DNA of 32,000 bases from Edaphobacter aggregans (GTDB taxonomy: Bacteria; Acidobacteriota; Terriglobia; Terriglobales; Acidobacteriaceae): positions 570,001-602,000 of the forward strand of contig NZ_RSDW01000001.1 in NCBI RefSeq assembly GCF_003945235.1, read 5' to 3'. Positions 27,555-32,000 of the stretch are shown piece after piece. Under the pieces are notes generated by a model. The model was given only the letters and a program-made list of their open reading frames with translations, was not told the origin of the DNA and searched no databases. Made by a program: the position numbers and the translations under genes. The first letter of the stretch is position 1. Every line of letters starts with the position of its first letter.

Positions 27555-30218
27555 ATGACGATGAAACTTGAAACTCCGTCCAAGATTGATTTCTCCGCGG
27601 AGGTTTCCGAGTGGATTGAAGCGTTTGACGATGTCGTTGCAGAGGATTGGCAACATGGCGCAGAGCTGCTGGAAACCCTGCGGCAGCGGGCACGCGAGGC
27701 TGGCGTTCCAACACCCAGTCAGGTGACGACCCCGTATCACAACACGATTCCTAAGCATGATGAGGTGCCGTACCCCGGGGACAGGCAGCTGGAGCGGAAG
27801 ATCGAAGCACTTATTCGCTGGAACGCTATGGCGATGGTGCATGGTCAGAACAAGAAGGACGCTGGAATCGGCGGGCATATTTCGACCTATTCTTCGCTGG
27901 CTACGCTGCTGGAGGTTGGCTTCAATCACTTCTTCCGTGCGAGCTATGGCGATCAACCGGGCGACTTTGTGTACTTTCAGGGGCATGCCTCGCCCGGCGT
28001 TTATGCACGAGCCTTTCTTGAGGGGCGCTTCGATGAAAAGAGGCTGAAGAACTTCCGCCATGAGCTGCGGGGAGAGCCGGGATTGAGCAGCTATCCCCAT
28101 CCCTGGCTGATGCCAGATTTCTGGCGCTTCCCTACGGTGTCGATGGGGATCGGGCCGCTGAATGCAATCTATCAGGCGCGGTTTATGCGATATCTCGAGA
28201 ATCGCGGGTTGATTGAGAAGACGGATCGCAAGGTTTGGGCGTTTGTCGGCGATGGCGAGACGGATGAGGTCGATACGCTGGGTGCTATCTCGCTGGGTGT
28301 ACGGGAGAAGCTGGACAACCTGATTTTTGTAGTCAACTGCAATTTGCAGCGGCTGGATGGGCCGGTGCGAGGGAATAAGCGCATCATCGACGAGCTTGAA
28401 GGCGTGTTCCGCGGTGCGGGCTGGAATGTGATCAAGGTGATCTGGGGTTCGGATTGGGACGCGCTGTTTGAGCGCGATCACAAGGGCCTGCTGCTGAAGC
28501 GCATGGAAGAATGCGTCGATGGCGATTACCAGGCCTTCAAGGCGAAGGGCGGCGCTTACATTCGCAAGGAATTTTTCGGTAAGTATCCCGAGCTCCTGGA
28601 GCTTGTCGCGGACAAGACGGATGATGAGGTCTTCCATCTGCATCGCGGCGGGCATGATCCGGCGAAGATTTACAACGCGTACAAGCGGGCTCTGGAGCAT
28701 AAGGGTGGCCCCACGGTCATTCTGGCCAAGACCGTGAAGGGCTATGGGCTGGGATCGACTGAGGCAAGAAACGCTTCGCATCAGGAGAAAAAGCTGAGCG
28801 ATGACGCTATTGAGGCGTTCATCAAGCGCTTTCAAATTCCGCTGCCTGAGAGCGCGGCTAAGAATGGTGCGTTCTTCCGTCCGGATGAATCAACTGCTGA
28901 AATTAAGTATCTGCACGAACGGCGGCAGGCGCTGGGGGGGTATTTGCCGAAGCGTGAGGTGTCTAAGCTGGACTTCACGGCTCCGGAGTTGTCGACCCTC
29001 GGCGAGTGGACGGGTGGATCGAATAAGCGGGCTGTCTCGACAACGATGGGCTTTGTCAGCCTGTTGCGGCATCTACTGAAGGACCCGAAGATCGGCAAGC
29101 TGATAGTGCCGATTGTGCCAGATGAGGGACGTACCTTTGGGTTGGAATCTGCGATCCGGCAGGTTGGGATCTATGCGGCTGAAGGGCAGAAATACAATCC
29201 GCATGATGCTGACATGCTGCTCTACTATCGCGAGGACAAGGATGGACAGATCCTCGAGGAGGGCATCACGGAAGCTGGTTCGATGGCTTCGTTTACCGCG
29301 GCGGGCACGGCATATGCGAACTATAAGGTGCCGACTATACCCTTTTACATGTATTACTCGATGTTTGGCTTCCAACGCATCGGTGACATGGTCTGGGCGT
29401 TTGCTGACTCGCGTGGCAAGGGCTTCCTGATGGGCGGAACGGCTGGACGAACGACGATGCTCGGGGAGGGACTGCAGCACCAGGATGGACACAGCATTGT
29501 GCTGGCTAGCACGGTTCCGACCTGCGTCACGTACGATCCGGCATACGTGTATGAGCTGGCGGTCGTTGTGCAGGATGGCATTCGGCGGATGTATGAGAAG
29601 GGCGAAGACCTCTTCTACTACATCACGATGTACAACGAGGACTACGTCATGCCGGCGATGCCGGAGGGTTCCGCCGAGGGGATTCTGCGTGGCATCTACA
29701 AGCTCAAGCCGGCTGCGGGCGAAGCAGTGGCTCAACTCTTTGGCAGCGGGCCGATTCTGAACGAAGTACTGCGAGCACAGGAGATTCTTGCGACTAAGTA
29801 TGGTGTTTATGCGGATGTGTGGAGCGTAACCAGCTATACGGAGTTGCGTCGCGATGCGTTGGCGGTGGAGCGCTGGAATCGTCTGCATCCGGCTGAGAAG
29901 GAGCGCGTGCCGTATGTATTGAGCGTTCTGGCCGAGTCGAAGGGGCCGATCATTGCTACGAGCGACTATATGAAGTCTGTGCCGGATCTGCTGTCTCCAT
30001 GGCTGCCTTCGCGATTGGTTTCTTTGGGTACCGATGGTTTTGGACGAAGCGACAATCGTGAACATTTGCGACGACACTTTGAGGTAAATGCCGAGTCGAT
30101 TGTGGGCGCTACTTTGTCAAAGCTGGCTCGCGAGGGCAAGTTCAAGCCAAAGGCGGCTCAGAAGGCTTTGGCCGAACTGGGATTGGATATTGAAGCTGCT
30201 GATCCCGCTCGCGCTTAG
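27555..30218 (+). CDS. aceE: Pyruvate dehydrogenase E1 component, homodimeric type
   Basis: Track ORF with the start moved to ATG 27555 (AAGGA 6 nt upstream). About 887 aa. E1p blocks are RWNAMAMV, GGHISTYSS, GDGETDE with a downstream NCNLQRLDGPVRGN (TPP motif), and a transketolase-like C-terminal half. Confidence 0.95.
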   Translation: MTMKLETPSKIDFSAEVSEWIEAFDDVVAEDWQHGAELLETLRQRAREAGVPTPSQVTTPYHNTIPKHDEVPYPGDRQLERKIEALIRWNAMAMVHGQNKKDAGIGGHISTYSSLATLLEVGFNHFFRASYGDQPGDFVYFQGHASPGVYARAFLEGRFDEKRLKNFRHELRGEPGLSSYPHPWLMPDFWRFPTVSMGIGPLNAIYQARFMRYLENRGLIEKTDRKVWAFVGDGETDEVDTLGAISLGVREKLDNLIFVVNCNLQRLDGPVRGNKRIIDELEGVFRGAGWNVIKVIWGSDWDALFERDHKGLLLKRMEECVDGDYQAFKAKGGAYIRKEFFGKYPELLELVADKTDDEVFHLHRGGHDPAKIYNAYKRALEHKGGPTVILAKTVKGYGLGSTEARNASHQEKKLSDDAIEAFIKRFQIPLPESAAKNGAFFRPDESTAEIKYLHERRQALGGYLPKREVSKLDFTAPELSTLGEWTGGSNKRAVSTTMGFVSLLRHLLKDPKIGKLIVPIVPDEGRTFGLESAIRQVGIYAAEGQKYNPHDADMLLYYREDKDGQILEEGITEAGSMASFTAAGTAYANYKVPTIPFYMYYSMFGFQRIGDMVWAFADSRGKGFLMGGTAGRTTMLGEGLQHQDGHSIVLASTVPTCVTYDPAYVYELAVVVQDGIRRMYEKGEDLFYYITMYNEDYVMPAMPEGSAEGILRGIYKLKPAAGEAVAQLFGSGPILNEVLRAQEILATKYGVYADVWSVTSYTELRRDALAVERWNRLHPAEKERVPYVLSVLAESKGPIIATSDYMKSVPDLLSPWLPSRLVSLGTDGFGRSDNREHLRRHFEVNAESIVGATLSKLAREGKFKPKAAQKALAELGLDIEAADPARA

Positions 30219-30240
30219 TCTGCAGTTGTTCTTGAAATAA

Positions 30241-30273
30241 GTAGAGGGTTCCTTCTGGAACCCTCTACTTTTG
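30241..30273 (+). terminator. Rho-independent terminator after aceE
   Basis: GTAGAGGGTTCC-TTCT-GGAACCCTCTAC, a 12-bp perfect stem, followed by TTTTG. It lies 22 nt after the stop. Confidence 0.8.
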
Positions 30274-30296
30274 CTCCTGTAGCTTGTGAAGTCTTT

Positions 30297-31148
30297 ATGG
30301 AGGGTTGTTTGAGCGAGACTGTGCCGCATGAAAATCCATTAGTAAACAACAAAAAATTGCGCGAGATGTTTGTGGCTATGGTCGAGGCACGTGCTCTTGA
30401 TGAGCATGTTTCCAGATCGCAGCGAAGGAGGAAGACACGCCTTCGGCTTGATTCGATCCACGGTCAAGAGGCTTGCCGTGTCAGCACGGCAATTGACCTG
30501 GGACAGGGCGATCTGGTGAGTGATTCGCAGGTTGGCGTGGCGATGGGGCTGATTCTTGGAGTAGATCCCGGTTTCCTGCTGAAGCGGTTAGCCGCGAGTG
30601 ACTCGGATACCAAGGCGCACGGTAGCGTCTCCGAGAAGCAGCTTCCCTGGATCGAGGATGTTGAGGATCGGCTACGTATAGCGATGGGTGCGGCGCTCGC
30701 GTTCAAGACATTGAAGCGCGCAAACATCGTGGTGGCTTATGTACAGGGTCGCGAGGCTACCGGCGGTGTCTGGAGACGAACGCTTACGCTGGCGGCGAAG
30801 CTGGATTTGCCGATGATCTTTGTCATTCTTCCGGAGGGAGAAGGCAAAAGCAAAAATATCAGCCGAAAAGCGCGGTCGTGCGGAATACCGGGGATACCGG
30901 TGGACGCGAATGATGCCGTGGCCCTTTATCGCGTGACACAGGAGTCGGTCGGACGGACTCGCGGTGGCGACGGACCGGTGGTCATTGAGTGCGTCATCTA
31001 TCGACTGAAGGGCAAGCAACGTATTCCTGCGCCTGATCCTATCGCACAGATGAAAGAGTTTCTGCTCGCCCGAAAGGTGAGCGACCAAGCCTGGATGGCT
31101 CGGGTGGAAGAATCATTTCGTAAACGCCTTGCGACACAAAAGTTGTAG
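30297..31148 (+). CDS. E1-alpha-like (TPP-dependent dehydrogenase alpha subunit family) protein with degenerate cofactor motif
   Basis: Track ORF of 283 aa. E1-alpha blocks are LREMFVAMVEARALDEH, GQEA, GIPGIPVDANDAVALYRV and GDGPVVIECVIYRLKG. The GDG...NN TPP/Mg motif reads VAYVQGREATGG...IFVILPEG instead. Confidence 0.65.
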   Translation: MEGCLSETVPHENPLVNNKKLREMFVAMVEARALDEHVSRSQRRRKTRLRLDSIHGQEACRVSTAIDLGQGDLVSDSQVGVAMGLILGVDPGFLLKRLAASDSDTKAHGSVSEKQLPWIEDVEDRLRIAMGAALAFKTLKRANIVVAYVQGREATGGVWRRTLTLAAKLDLPMIFVILPEGEGKSKNISRKARSCGIPGIPVDANDAVALYRVTQESVGRTRGGDGPVVIECVIYRLKGKQRIPAPDPIAQMKEFLLARKVSDQAWMARVEESFRKRLATQKL

Positions 31149-31230
31149 GTGATGCCACTGATGATGTGGCATCAGCTGAAAGAATGCGACCTACACTGAA
31201 ACAGGTGTTGTAGACCTGTTTGAGGTGTAA

Positions 31231-32000
31231 GTGCGGACTAGGGCTTTTTTCTCCTTTGCTGGTCTGATGGTTTGTGCGGCTGTAACTTTCCGGGGGCAGG
31301 GTCTTACGACTTCCGGCTTGCTGCCAGCCTCCTCTGATGAACAGAGCAGGGCTCTCCATGCGTGGCCGATCTATGCGCTGTCATCGTACACACTGTCTTC
31401 GACGCGATCTCAAGTTGTCCTGCCTTCCTCGATTGCGGCTCGACCTGTGCCAACGGTGGAGCATACCTATCCGTCTGTTACTCCTTATGGGCCGATCGAT
31501 GATCGGAGGAGCCCCGATCACGATGGATCGGCATACATACCGGTGGACAGCTGGGTGTATCCGGCGATGACGCGGCTGTACTCGATGGGTTACCTCGACA
31601 GCATGTTTCTCGGTATGCGGCCGTGGACGCGCCGAAGCGCATTGCATATGTTGCAGCGGTCGCAGTATGCGATTGCGGCGAGCGATAACCTCGAGGCGCA
31701 GGAGATTCTGGACAAGCTTCTGCGTGAACTTCGTCTCGAGCTTCCCGATCCACGCGGTACTGTATACGGGGTGGAGTCGGGTTATGCGCGCTTGATGGGC
31801 ATCGGCGGGCCGACGCTGCGGGACAGTTATCACCTGGGCCAGACGATCAGCAATGACTATGGACGGCCTTACCAGAGCGGGTTCAACAGTGTTATGGGCT
31901 ACTCGACACTGAACGAATCGGGCCGGTTTTCGCTGTATGTGCGCGGGGAATATCAGCACGCTCCGGCCGGGAGCGGATACTCTCAGGCACTGGCGTCGCA
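31231..32000 (+). CDS. wzi: Capsule-assembly Wzi-family outer-membrane protein, N-terminal part (runs off the right edge)
   Basis: Not in the ORF track because there is no stop. GTG 31231 comes straight after an in-frame TAA, with GAGGTG upstream. Translation: MRTRAFFSFAGLMVCAAVTFRGQG (signal), then IPVDSWVYPAMTRLYSMGYLDSMFLGMRPWTRRSALHMLQRS, which is the Wzi N-terminal signature as I recall it. Confidence 0.65.
   Translation, partial: MRTRAFFSFAGLMVCAAVTFRGQGLTTSGLLPASSDEQSRALHAWPIYALSSYTLSSTRSQVVLPSSIAARPVPTVEHTYPSVTPYGPIDDRRSPDHDGSAYIPVDSWVYPAMTRLYSMGYLDSMFLGMRPWTRRSALHMLQRSQYAIAASDNLEAQEILDKLLRELRLELPDPRGTVYGVESGYARLMGIGGPTLRDSYHLGQTISNDYGRPYQSGFNSVMGYSTLNESGRFSLYVRGEYQHAPAGSGYSQALAS

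Noticed and set aside
27474-28835. 453-aa ORF on the minus strand. A 334-aa ORF at 29073-30077 is rejected for the same reasons.
   Set aside because: Both are antisense to aceE, whose translation is unmistakable. The antisense products are R/L/H/Q-rich with no recognisable motifs. They are shadow ORFs typical of high-GC coding DNA.

Overview
32-kb chromosomal window, high GC by eye. Gene content and protein styles (TonB starting MFEDSLVES, Wzi, PagL-like, UbiD, split MetH) suggest an Acidobacteriota (Terriglobia-like) genome; this is inference only. I support about 27 tightly packed protein genes, one clear cobalamin riboswitch, four intrinsic terminators and one long phased palindrome. I found no rRNA, tRNA, CRISPR, transposase, integrase, phage, toxin-antitoxin or recognisable defence genes, so this reads as core housekeeping DNA rather than an accessory island. 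Gene order, left to right (strand in brackets): AdoCbl riboswitch-controlled ribonucleotide reductase alpha (-, partial); 48-aa membrane peptide missing from the ORF track (-); ThrC-like PLP enzyme translationally coupled to a MoaD/ThiS-type sulfur carrier (-); degenerate receiver protein (-); methionine synthase split into two coupled ORFs (-); solitary nuoI (-); secreted Mo-oxidoreductase-fold protein (+); PagL-like barrel (-); UbiD-family decarboxylase (-); HGSNAT/DUF1624 membrane protein (-); TonB (+); DedA-rhodanese fusion (-); HlyD and TolC pair (-); xylB (+); Tat-signal enolase-superfamily enzyme (-); PAS histidine kinase (+); LDH/MDH-like dehydrogenase (-); Gfo/Idh/MocA oxidoreductase (+); araD (-); argJ (+); aceE (+); degenerate E1-alpha-like protein (+); Wzi (+, partial). 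The four most interesting observations follow. (1) The ThrC-like plus sulfur-carrier pair beside split metH looks like a protein-thiocarboxylate route from O-phosphohomoserine to homocysteine. The carrier has a GG-TV tail that would need processing. (2) That operon has a structured leader with riboswitch-like mutually exclusive helices that hide the SD. (3) Synonymous-site strand composition and gene orientation switch sharply at the araD|argJ divergent spacer (about 26.1 kb), with origin-type sign, next to an odd AT-rich, G-depleted 290-bp spacer. (4) A TPP-motif-less E1-alpha homologue sits alone after aceE. I cannot show a wholly new system from sequence alone. Several long ORFs in the track are antisense shadows of real genes and are rejected.
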